Source: Parcubacteria group bacterium M6-OD1-4 (GTDB lineage: Bacteria > Patescibacteriota > Patescibacteriia > Patescibacteriales > UBA12465). From it: DNA of 64,000 nucleotides. The notes beneath the pieces were generated by a model. It was not told the origin of the DNA. It worked only from the letters and a program-made list of their open reading frames with translations, and ran no database searches. The stretch covers positions 55,870 through 119,869 of the forward strand of contig LSNS01000004.1 in the NCBI GenBank assembly GCA_003056205.1. Direction: 5' to 3'. Below, piece after piece: positions 1 through 7,914 of the stretch (its first letter is position 1; every line of letters starts with the position of its first letter). Position numbers and translations under genes: made by a program.

Positions 1-59
1 TAATTTTTGTAATAATTTCTTACATTCTTACTTTATCATATTAAATATTTTTGTCAAAG

Positions 60-146
60 CAAAATCAATTATATTAGAATAGACTACTAGTAGTCTATTT
101 TAAAGTAATGCTTCCTCGCATACTAGGACAGCTTCTAGACTTTTTT
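60..146 (-). repeat. Cassette-boundary repeat, copy A (partial). 27-mer-like cctcgcatactaggacagcttctagac at 114-140, perfect 16-bp palindrome agactactagtagtct at 81-96. No recognisable tRNA-like core.
   Basis: Aligns with copies B-D of the 27-mer family (gctcgcatacNgggacagcttccgaac). Hairpin sits at the same relative position. Lies at the 3' end of the minus-strand methyltransferase gene. Confidence 0.5.
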
Positions 147-166
147 GTGTGAAAATGACAAGATCT

Positions 167-895
167 TTAAGCTAAGTTACCATTCTTTCTAAATATAAAT
201 AGATGAGACATAGTCGTATCAATAAAATCAAGGTATTTTGGTGCTAATTTAATAAGGACTGAGATTGGTTTAATGCTTAACTTTTTTTCCAAAACTAAAC
301 CTTGAAGTTGAGCCGCTTTTATATAATTTTCATTTGGTCTTAATATATCATATATGATACCTAAGGGTCGAACTGTTTTAACTATCACTTCCCCATTACC
401 AATATCAACCACATCTAATTTATAATCAAATCTAGGCTGTTCAGCATAGGACTTTTCAGCAACAATTAAATAAAATAATCCATTGGGCTTTAAAAAATTT
501 ACAATTTTTTTAAAAGCTTTAGCTAAATCTGGTATATGCTCAAAAACCATGACTGAGACCGCCACATCAAAAGATTTTTTAATATCTGCCTTTGCTAAAG
601 TGTCTTCATATATCTCAATGTCCGGATAAAAATATTTTGAAATCTGAACATTCTTAATTGACGGCTCTATTCCATTAATTTCAACTGCGCCTAATTGTTT
701 TAATAAAGGAAAAAGCTGACCCATGCCACTGCCAATATCAATCACGCTTTTACCTTTAACTACCAAATTGGTCTTTAAATATTCTTGGAATAACTGACGG
801 GTCGGAGATCTTGGCAGACCCTCTTTTTTCCAATCCATCGTTTCAGCGTCATATTGATAAGGATTGGTTGCATACTTAAAATATTCGTTTGTCAT
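167..895 (-). CDS. Class I SAM-dependent methyltransferase
   Basis: 242 aa. Glycine-rich SAM-binding motif VIDIGSGMGQL followed by an acidic residue and then NGIEPS. Rossmann-fold methyltransferase pattern. Confidence 0.7.
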   Translation of the reverse strand: MTNEYFKYATNPYQYDAETMDWKKEGLPRSPTRQLFQEYLKTNLVVKGKSVIDIGSGMGQLFPLLKQLGAVEINGIEPSIKNVQISKYFYPDIEIYEDTLAKADIKKSFDVAVSVMVFEHIPDLAKAFKKIVNFLKPNGLFYLIVAEKSYAEQPRFDYKLDVVDIGNGEVIVKTVRPLGIIYDILRPNENYIKAAQLQGLVLEKKLSIKPISVLIKLAPKYLDFIDTTMSHLFIFRKNGNLA

Positions 896-1006
896 ATTTG
901 TTTAAATTTTAAAATTCTCTAATGTTTAGGGATTAAAAAACGTGCTATAAATTATATTTTTGGCAACTGTTCGGGAGACAAATTATATTAGAACTAAGAT
1001 ACAATC

Positions 1007-1912
1007 TTAATTAATCTTATTAATAGGTTTCTCTAAAAGATAAGAGCTTATATTATCTAAAACTTTTTGGCTTAATCTTAAAACAGATTCTTTTGTTCTG
1101 CCAGCGATAAAATTAGAAAAAATAACTCTTTCCAAATCACAAACTTTCTTGTAAAAGTTTCCCCCCTGAGAAATGTCCATAATTACAAAATTATTTGGCC
1201 TTTTTATCCATTCTATAAAATCATTTTCTTTAAAAGCCATGCCTAAAGTAGTATTAACAAGTATTTTTTCATTCATTAAATCAAAATCATCTTTATCAAA
1301 AATTTTAACATTTTTGGGAGTTTGTAAAATTATAATATCGCTTTTTCTTAAAAGATCTTTCTTATCAACGAAAGTTAATCCTTTATTTTCCCACTCTGTT
1401 TTTCTCGTCTTACTATTATAGAGAACTTTCATTTTAAAGCTCAAAGCTATATTTGCTAATAATTTCCCAATAGCACCCAAGCCAATTATACCCATGGTTT
1501 TTCCACTAAGTTCAGCTGGATAATCTTTCCATTGATATTTACCAAAGCCCCTTACTAAATTAATAAGCTGAAAAAATATATATTCTACAACACCCTCGTC
1601 TCCATAATCAACAATATTAGATACAATAATTTTATTCTTCCTGCACTCTTCCAAATCTATACCGTTAGAGTTTGTTCCACAAAGACAAATAAATCTCAAA
1701 TTTTTACAATTTGAAAGTAATTCTTTGGTTAGAGATGCTCGCCAACTCAACAAAACACAATCTGCGTTAATTAATCTTTCTTTTGTTTCATTATCATCTC
1801 TCGGATTAGAATTAAAAATCTTAATTGAATTTTCAGAATAATCTTTAAGTTTATTCACTGAACTATCAGAAATATTAACATTATCTAAAATTACAATTTG
1901 TTTAAATTTCAT
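1007..1912 (-). CDS. D-isomer-specific 2-hydroxyacid dehydrogenase family protein (NAD-binding)
   Basis: 301 aa. Dinucleotide-binding GIIGLGAIGKLLA motif and overall layout of the PGDH/GDH-like family. Confidence 0.65.
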   Translation of the reverse strand: MKFKQIVILDNVNISDSSVNKLKDYSENSIKIFNSNPRDDNETKERLINADCVLLSWRASLTKELLSNCKNLRFICLCGTNSNGIDLEECRKNKIIVSNIVDYGDEGVVEYIFFQLINLVRGFGKYQWKDYPAELSGKTMGIIGLGAIGKLLANIALSFKMKVLYNSKTRKTEWENKGLTFVDKKDLLRKSDIIILQTPKNVKIFDKDDFDLMNEKILVNTTLGMAFKENDFIEWIKRPNNFVIMDISQGGNFYKKVCDLERVIFSNFIAGRTKESVLRLSQKVLDNISSYLLEKPINKIN

Positions 1913-1946
1913 ATTATCGTAGTATTATTTAATAATCTACACAAAA

Positions 1947-1959
1947 ATTATATCATATC
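1947..1959 (-). promoter_or_regulatory. Extended -10 promoter of cassette B (gatatgatataat on minus strand)
   Basis: TGnTATAAT-type element about 35 nt upstream of the ATG at 1912. Same motif recurs at 3949-3961 and 5527-5539. Confidence 0.5.
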
Positions 1960-1974
1960 TGAAATAATTGGATA

Positions 1975-2130
1975 CTAAACAGGGATTTGAACCGAGAAAA
2001 ATCAGTAAGAATTGGGCTTTTATTGGAATGATAAAAATGTCCGGATCATTCTTGCCTAACAAAAATAGGCCTTTAGGTCTACTTTTATACTTTTTCTTGG
2101 ACATAGGAACAGCTTCCAAACTTTTTTGTG
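1975..2130 (-). repeat. Cassette-boundary repeat, copy B. tRNA-Gln T-arm-like core aaacagggatttgaaccgag at 1978-1997, hairpin 2067-2082, 27-mer-like 2098-2121.
   Basis: 15/15 identity of cagggatttgaacc to the antisense of the tRNA-Gln gene at 8624-8638. Same order of elements as copies C and D. Confidence 0.65.
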
Positions 2131-2155
2131 TATAAATATTAAAATCAAAATCACT

Positions 2156-3038
2156 TCATTTAAAACCCAACCTATTTCTTACGTCTTTAATTGTGTACTG
2201 AAAAGCTCCCCTATTCTCTAGTGACATAGACGCTACCATGGCAGCAAATTTACCCCGTTTCTCAGAATCTTTATATAATTCTAGAGCTCTAATAAACGCT
2301 GACAAATATGTATCTCCAGCCCCTGTTGGATCTACTATTTTATTAGGTTTATATGCTGGTATTTCGTAATATTTTTTATCAACGAACAAATAAGAACCCT
2401 TTGACCCATCTGTTATAATCATATTATCAACACCATTGTTAATAAAAAAATTACCTATCTTTTTCACATTATTATTTATACCAGAAACAAACTTAGCTTC
2501 ATTTAAATCTAAAAAAAAGATATTTTAAATAAGGCAATAATTTAATTAACTTTTCAGGAGATCTTTGAGTAAATTTTCCATTATCAGGGTAAGTAAACAC
2601 TCCAAAATTTCCTAAAATTAAATTTTTATGTTTTAAATTTTTAAAAACATTCTCTGGAATATTATCATTAAACAAAGGAGAAAAAATTATATAATCAAAT
2701 TTATCTAAATTTTTTAATAATTTATTATCTAAAAACATTACGTTTGGAGAATATTTAATTTCTATAGAAACACATAAATCAGGATTATTACTATGATAAA
2801 ATCTTGAAAACTCTAAAGTTTTTTCTACGGGAACGTGAACAAAACTAATATCTTTAAAATTATTCTTTACCCACTCTTCATCATGTTCACTAAATGTTAT
2901 AAAAGGAACTATTTCTTTAATTCCTAGATTTCTAAATGTATGCGCTATATAATAAGGAATCCCACCGATTTGTAACTTTAAATCGTTATCTATTTTAATA
3001 TAATCTTTACAAATTGGGCCTAAAACTGCAACTCTCAT
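2156..3038 (-). pseudogene. PfkB/ribokinase-family carbohydrate kinase, split by a +1 frameshift inside an A8 homopolymer (2511-2518).
   Basis: N-terminal ORF 2499..3038 has ribokinase-like VAVLGPI..GG. C-terminal ORF 2156..2467 carries the PfkB signature DPTGAGDTY. Removing one A joins them into a continuous ...YLKYLFFLDLNEAKF... protein. Confidence 0.6.
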
Positions 3039-3039
3039 A

Positions 3040-3927
3040 TTAATTTAAACTAATTCTTCTACTTTCCCCTTTTGCTTTAGCTTCTATTTCATCATTGTTA
3101 ATTTTAAACTCAATACTCTCACAATTATTTACACTATAATCTTTAAAATTCTTTCCTAAAAAATATAGCAATGAATTTTCATGACTAAAAGCTAAAACCT
3201 TTATATTTTTACTATAATCTGATTCATTTATCTTTTTTTGTCCAAATTTCATTAATCTAATTATATTTTTAAATTCCCTATTATACATTTCTTCAGCTGT
3301 TCTTATATCAGGAAATATTTTTGCTATTTCATTAGAATGCTTATAATAATTTTTACCCCAAGTACCTTGGTTGTCTAATTCAATTATTTTCCTTGCCTTT
3401 TTCCAATTATCTAACACATTCTGAGAGACATTTTTCTTGTTTTTTACCACTTCATTAAGATAATCTTTTTGGGGATGAAAAATAAACTCCAAAAGCATAT
3501 TCTTTAAATCTAAAGACAAACTATCTATTTTTCTTATTTCACCATCTCCTATTTTCTCAATCAAATCATCCCTGATATTATTGGGCTTAATAATTTCAAA
3601 ACCTCTCTCTTTAGCAACATTTTTATAAATTTTAGCTGTTTCAGCCGCTCTTACTAAATCACTAGAAACTATAAATAGAGAATCTCTCTCTGGATCTAAA
3701 TCATTAAAAAAATTTTCAGCTTCACTATGAGCCATTTCTTTTCCTTCTGGTGTCAAATCTGATAAAAAATCTTGTTTTTTTGGATCATGAAAATCTTCTG
3801 GATTGTTAGATGCTACAATATCTTCATTCATTCTATATTTAGACTTTCCATGCCTAGTAATAAAAAACCTATCATCTTTCTTCTCTTTTTTTCCTAATGC
3901 CCCTACCTTTTCAAAATCATTTTTCAT
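3040..3927 (-). CDS. Histidine phosphatase superfamily protein (PGAM-like)
   Basis: 295 aa. N-terminal RHG motif (FFITRHGKS) and a distal SH motif (LAFSHENS), typical of branch-1 histidine phosphatases. Confidence 0.5.
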   Translation of the reverse strand: MKNDFEKVGALGKKEKKDDRFFITRHGKSKYRMNEDIVASNNPEDFHDPKKQDFLSDLTPEGKEMAHSEAENFFNDLDPERDSLFIVSSDLVRAAETAKIYKNVAKERGFEIIKPNNIRDDLIEKIGDGEIRKIDSLSLDLKNMLLEFIFHPQKDYLNEVVKNKKNVSQNVLDNWKKARKIIELDNQGTWGKNYYKHSNEIAKIFPDIRTAEEMYNREFKNIIRLMKFGQKKINESDYSKNIKVLAFSHENSLLYFLGKNFKDYSVNNCESIEFKINNDEIEAKAKGESRRISLN

Positions 3928-3948
3928 ATATCTTTACCTTATTTATTA

Positions 3949-3961
3949 ATTATATCACATC
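3949..3961 (-). promoter_or_regulatory. Extended -10 promoter of cassette C (gatgtgatataat on minus strand)
   Basis: TGaTATAAT about 30 nt upstream of the ATG at 3927, immediately after repeat core C. Confidence 0.5.
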
Positions 3962-3977
3962 TAAATATATAAAATAA

Positions 3978-4090
3978 CCCAATAAGGACTCAAACCGAGA
4001 AATACGAAAAAAAATAAAACAAAACGAGCTTTTAAACTCGCTTTATAATAGTTTGCTCGCATACTGGGACAGCTTCCGAACTTTTTTAAT
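3978..4090 (-). repeat. Cassette-boundary repeat, copy C (short form). Core-like aataaggactcaaaccgag 3981-3999, hairpin cgagcttttaaactcg 4025-4040, 27-mer gctcgcatactgggacagcttccgaac 4055-4081.
   Basis: Element order matches copies B and D. On the minus strand the hairpin is followed by a U-run, giving a terminator for the upstream Fic gene. Confidence 0.65.
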
Positions 4091-4199
4091 CAAATATTAG
4101 AAGTTTTGTTTACTTTTTTATTTTGCTCAAATTAATTAGCTGTATCCGTACTAAAAATTAAAATAATTTTTTGTCCGAGGTAAATTCTATTTGGTTAAT

Positions 4200-5246
4200 T
4201 TATTTAAAATAATTATTGACCGCATCTTCAAATTGTTCAATAAAGATCTGCTTAAAATAAGAAATATTATTTAGTTCATAAAACAATATCATGGCTTTTA
4301 TATATTCTTCGGTATCAACTATTCGATAAGAAAGCGGAATTGAGTTATGCGCCAATAAAATAGCATTAGAAATCATTCGTGAGGTTCTTTTGTTGCCGTC
4401 TTCAAATACTTGAATATAGGCGATAAGAATGGAAACTAAAAAAGCCTTTTCAAAAAATGATTCTTTTTTATTGATTAAATCCACCATTTCTCGAGCCACT
4501 TTTTCAATTTGTTGGCTAATAGCCAAAGGCTTATACTTAGTGCCGACGATGGCGACAGTGCCGTTTCTCACATTCTTGGAGATTCCAAGTTTTTTGGTTA
4601 AAACAGAATGGATATACTCAATATCAGAATAGTTTAACTTGCTGAATCTTTCTTTATTCTGAATAGCCTCATTAAAAGCATCTTTATGGTTAAGGATCAT
4701 CTGAGTTTCTTTTTCAGTGTTCCCCTTTCCAACAACATTATTTTTAATCAAAGCCTCTGTGCCTAAAAGTGAATAGGTGTTTCCCTCTATCGCTGATGAC
4801 TTCCAAGAAAATTCGATCATTATCCTTTCAAATTCTTTATTGATAAGAGTTTGACTGTCATATCTGGAAAAGTTTTTGATAAACTCTCTTTGTAACTTCT
4901 CTAATTTTTCCTTTTCTTCTACCGTAAAAGTATCATTACTTAAAAGTTTAAATATTCCAAAATTAAAGCTTTCTTTCGCTTCTCTTTTTAGATACGGTAT
5001 TTTAAAATATTTTTTAACATCAATTTTTTTTAAAACGTTAGAGATCTCCGATAAAGAATATACCGTATTTTTACCAACGCCTTTTTTAGAGATTAATAAC
5101 TGTTTTTCCAACTCCTTTAAATCTCTTTGCAGGGTTTTTCTATCTATTCCTACGCTTAAAAGGAATAAAATATCAGATACCGATATTTCCGCCTCTTGTT
5201 TCATAAAAGAAATTATTTTATTTTGTCTTACCTGTTTTTTATTCAT
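4200..5246 (-). CDS. HTH-Fic/DOC family protein with a degenerate Fic motif
   Basis: 348 aa. N-terminal winged-HTH-like segment. Fic-like core ...QVFEDGNKRTSR... instead of canonical HPFx[DE]GNGRxxR: the His and the second Gly are replaced. Confidence 0.5.
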   Translation of the reverse strand: MNKKQVRQNKIISFMKQEAEISVSDILFLLSVGIDRKTLQRDLKELEKQLLISKKGVGKNTVYSLSEISNVLKKIDVKKYFKIPYLKREAKESFNFGIFKLLSNDTFTVEEKEKLEKLQREFIKNFSRYDSQTLINKEFERIMIEFSWKSSAIEGNTYSLLGTEALIKNNVVGKGNTEKETQMILNHKDAFNEAIQNKERFSKLNYSDIEYIHSVLTKKLGISKNVRNGTVAIVGTKYKPLAISQQIEKVAREMVDLINKKESFFEKAFLVSILIAYIQVFEDGNKRTSRMISNAILLAHNSIPLSYRIVDTEEYIKAMILFYELNNISYFKQIFIEQFEDAVNNYFK

Positions 5247-5265
5247 ATAAAGACTATAACATTTA

Positions 5266-5370
5266 TCGCGACATTTTTAAAGCCTATTTGCGACAATTTT
5301 TCTATAATTCTTATAAAAACCTTATAAATAAAGGGTTTCATTGCGACATTTTTAAAGCCCATTTGCGACT
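5266..5370. promoter_or_regulatory. Two direct ~30-nt operator-like repeats (tYgcgacatttttaaagccYatttgcgacW) at 5266-5295 and 5341-5370, upstream of the HTH-Fic gene
   Basis: Near-identical copies, each containing an internal gcgaca...gcgaca half-site pair. They sit 20-125 nt upstream of the ATG at 5246, and copy 1 overlaps a TGtTATAGT -10-like element. Confidence 0.5.
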
Positions 5371-5526
5371 TAAATATTAGAACCGCCGGCACCCTAGCTT
5401 CATTTTATTACAATTTCCCGCTAAAAGCTTTCTTGACGCTTATCACAATAATCATTCCACGACCCAAGATTTTTTGAAAATATACTTTGCCTGCATCACT
5501 CACAAGCCTAAAGCTCTCACACATTT

Positions 5527-5539
5527 ATTATACCACATC
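5527..5539 (-). promoter_or_regulatory. Extended -10 promoter of cassette D (gatgtggtataat on minus strand)
   Basis: Same conserved motif as in cassettes B and C, about 25 nt after repeat core D. Confidence 0.45.
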
Positions 5540-5547
5540 CTAAGCTC

Positions 5548-5720
5548 AAAAACAGGGACAGGGACTTGAACTAAGATAGGTCAATGAATATGGGGCTTTT
5601 ATAAAAACAACTAGTTTATACTAAAAATCTCTGGACTACTTTTCCCTCACAAAAATGGGCCTGAAAGCCCACTTTCATATCTTAGCTCGCATACAGGGAC
5701 GACTTCCGAACTTTTTGTTT
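5548..5720 (-). repeat. Cassette-boundary repeat, copy D (long form). Core aacagggacagggacttgaac 5550-5570, terminator hairpin tgggcctgaaagccca 5656-5671, 27-mer gctcgcatacagggacgacttccgaac 5685-5711.
   Basis: Reverse complement gttcaagtccctgtccc matches the tRNA-Gln 3' part gttcaaatccctgtccc with one mismatch. Shares the internal gggcttttata segment with copy B. Confidence 0.7.
5649..5672 (-). terminator. Rho-independent terminator of the heparinase-like gene (tgggc-tttcag-gccca plus U-run on the minus strand)
   Basis: 5-bp GC stem followed by tttttgtg on the minus strand, about 130 nt downstream of the stop at 5803. Confidence 0.55.
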
Positions 5721-5802
5721 AAAAAGATTAGGAAATGTTGAAGTTTATCTATAAAGAAAGCCATACTCCTTTTTTGACTTTTTTTGATTGGTGCAGAAAT
5801 AT

Positions 5803-7626
5803 TTAATTTCGTTTTTCAATCCGCATATTAACTTTTACAGAAACCTTTGATTTATTTGTCTTGGGAATGTTAAAAGTAATTCTTTTTAGAATACGAGGCT
5901 TTTTATTGAATAGAATTTCTTTTTTTAACTCCTCTACAAGAAAATCGCTGGCAATATCGGGTTGTTTAATGGTCAAAATTAAATTATACTTTTTTCCATA
6001 TATTATCACCTCCTTGTTTTTTGCAGTTACTTTTAGCCACGTGATAAAAACCTCTTCAATATTAGAAGATTTCTTTAAAAATATATACTCATCATTAAAA
6101 ATTATAGAATTTTTTATTTTTGCATTTTGTTTTAGCAATATTATTTTTCTATTTAAGCTTATCAATGATTTCACGCTATAAGCATCGACTAATTCAACAG
6201 TTACTCTTTTTTTGTATTTAGAAATACTTGTAGAAATAAGTTTAGCAAAATATTTTTTTCCTTTTGACTGTAATTTGTTATTTACTCTAGGAACACTATG
6301 TCCGTAGGAATTAGCGAAAATACTATTATATCTTTTGGCACTAAAATAATCTTTGTCATATAGGCCCGCACCAGGGTCAGTGACAAAATTCTCTCCATCA
6401 ATGTTTATTATATAGCTACCCAGATCATTGTGATTATGATTTTCATTATTATGCCCAGCTTTAATGATCAATATAGCTGGAGTCTTTCGAGATTCATTAA
6501 CAAGACGAACGATTCCAAGGTCAGGTAAAACTGAATCTTTGTAAATATTGTTTTGATTTACCTGTTTTTTATTCCACCATAAAACATACCTAAGAATGTT
6601 AGAAATTCCAAGCCAATCAGGTTTAGATGACTCCGAAATAAAATTTGATAATGATTTTTCCCCAGTGGCTTGTAACAACTTTTGCATAATTCCTGGATTA
6701 AACACTACACTACTCTCACTAGTATCTGAAAAGCTAGCAAATGTTTCCGAGCTGAGCTGCATCTTTGAGGGAAGTGTGGCAATTTGTTTTACACGTTTAG
6801 TTTTTAGTAGATCAATTTTACCGCCAGTGGAAGATTTTAGCATTTCAGAAAAAATTACAAACATGCTTAATCCATAATTCCAATAGTGAACGCCTTCACT
6901 GGTTCCACCGTCTTCATAAAAAGCTTTGTTAATATAAACTTCTAGACTATCAAGGGCTTTTTTTATCGCTCGTGCTTTACGAGCAATATTTTTCTCAAGC
7001 AACAAAAAAGCTATGGCTACATCGCTATTACACACCGCGTTCCAATTATTATGATTTTTATACCACTTATGTTTTGATGTTTGGTTTAAATATGGATCAA
7101 ATATTTTTTCTTCAATAGACTCACGTACAATTAGACTAACTTTTTCGTCAATTTTGTCCCCCATAATAAAAAATACTTCAGCAAGTATTCTTGCTGTATT
7201 TGAAGAATAAAGGTCAATCATTCTTCCTTTATGGCATGGCACCACCCAAGTCTCTTCTTTACAGATCGCCAAAAGATATTTTTCAATAATATCTTTATAG
7301 CTTGAACGCCCTAATATATATAAAAAAACAGCGCTTGAAAGATATTCCCTGCGTTCGTTGTAAGGTTTTTCATATGCATCTCTTTCGCCTGTTTTAAAGA
7401 AAGAATTGTACAATATATGGTTGAGCTTTGGAATATTCTTTATTTTCGGGCTAACTTTTTTGATTAAATTTAATACTATTTTTGTTTGTTCTTTTTTTAA
7501 TATTTTTGAAGGATTTTGAAGTGCACTTTTTAATTCAGGGAAAGGATGATTTCCGGAAATCAAAAAACTTACAATTTGTTTATGACTGTAATTAAAAACC
7601 TTATTATTTCTGCCATTATACTTCAT
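5803..7626 (-). CDS. Heparinase II/III-like polysaccharide lyase family protein
   Basis: 607 aa. C-terminal region GHNNENHNHNDLGSYIINIDGENFVTDPGAGLYDKDYF resembles the heparinase II/III-like domain (His-rich segment followed by a beta-sandwich). Confidence 0.5.
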   Translation of the reverse strand: MKYNGRNNKVFNYSHKQIVSFLISGNHPFPELKSALQNPSKILKKEQTKIVLNLIKKVSPKIKNIPKLNHILYNSFFKTGERDAYEKPYNERREYLSSAVFLYILGRSSYKDIIEKYLLAICKEETWVVPCHKGRMIDLYSSNTARILAEVFFIMGDKIDEKVSLIVRESIEEKIFDPYLNQTSKHKWYKNHNNWNAVCNSDVAIAFLLLEKNIARKARAIKKALDSLEVYINKAFYEDGGTSEGVHYWNYGLSMFVIFSEMLKSSTGGKIDLLKTKRVKQIATLPSKMQLSSETFASFSDTSESSVVFNPGIMQKLLQATGEKSLSNFISESSKPDWLGISNILRYVLWWNKKQVNQNNIYKDSVLPDLGIVRLVNESRKTPAILIIKAGHNNENHNHNDLGSYIINIDGENFVTDPGAGLYDKDYFSAKRYNSIFANSYGHSVPRVNNKLQSKGKKYFAKLISTSISKYKKRVTVELVDAYSVKSLISLNRKIILLKQNAKIKNSIIFNDEYIFLKKSSNIEEVFITWLKVTAKNKEVIIYGKKYNLILTIKQPDIASDFLVEELKKEILFNKKPRILKRITFNIPKTNKSKVSVKVNMRIEKRN

Positions 7627-7699
7627 TTATAAAAAATTAAGCTCAATCTATTTCTTAATTTTAGCATAATTTAAACCAAAGTTCGAGTCCCGCTTGCAC

Positions 7700-7775
7700 T
7701 AGCAACAGGGACAAGAAATTGATTTGCTGAGATTAGGTAAATTATATAAGAAAAGAAAATCACTTCCGAACTCCT
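7700..7775 (-). repeat. Degenerate cassette-boundary repeat, copy E. Core-like caacagggacaag 7702-7715 and partial 27-mer cacttccgaactcc 7761-7774. Adjacent plus-strand tRNA-3'-like fragment gttcgagtcccgcttgcacta 7681-7701.
   Basis: Partial matches to the copy B-D consensus at the expected position between two minus-strand genes. Confidence 0.4.
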
Positions 7776-7914
7776 AAAACATGGCGAATATTACGAAAAA
7801 ACAGGTGCTTTCGCACCTGCTCATCCCGTTCTGCTCGAAGTCGTGGACGATGTTAGAACCAGAATTATGTTATGTAAATAAAAAACCCACCGAAATAGGT
7901 TTTCTATTAGTGGG

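Noticed and set aside
1173-1421. Short ORFs embedded antisense or in-frame inside larger genes (for example 1173..1421, 4429..4632, 5861..6181, 24163..24445, 32228..32612, 36540..37091, 47830..48102, 49261..49518, 61458..61736)
   Set aside because: They lie entirely within well-supported longer genes on the opposite strand or another frame. They have low-complexity compositions and no motifs, so they are treated as spurious.
1975-2000. Copies B, C and D contain ggttcaaatcc-like T-loops and could be mistaken for tRNA genes or pseudo-tRNAs
   Set aside because: Only the T-arm and a few acceptor nucleotides are present. There is no D-arm, anticodon arm or 5' acceptor strand, so they are att-core-like fragments, not tRNAs.
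1937-2119. 60-aa ORF inside cassette-boundary repeat B
   Set aside because: It is encoded entirely within the conserved noncoding repeat unit. The other copies do not preserve a corresponding reading frame.
4055-4081. The 27-mer plus hairpin as a classical integron attC (R''-L''...L'-R')
   Set aside because: The conserved boxes do not match the RYYYAAC/GTTRRRY core sites. No intI-like integrase with the characteristic extra domain is visible. The cassettes also carry their own promoters. The idea is kept only as an analogy.
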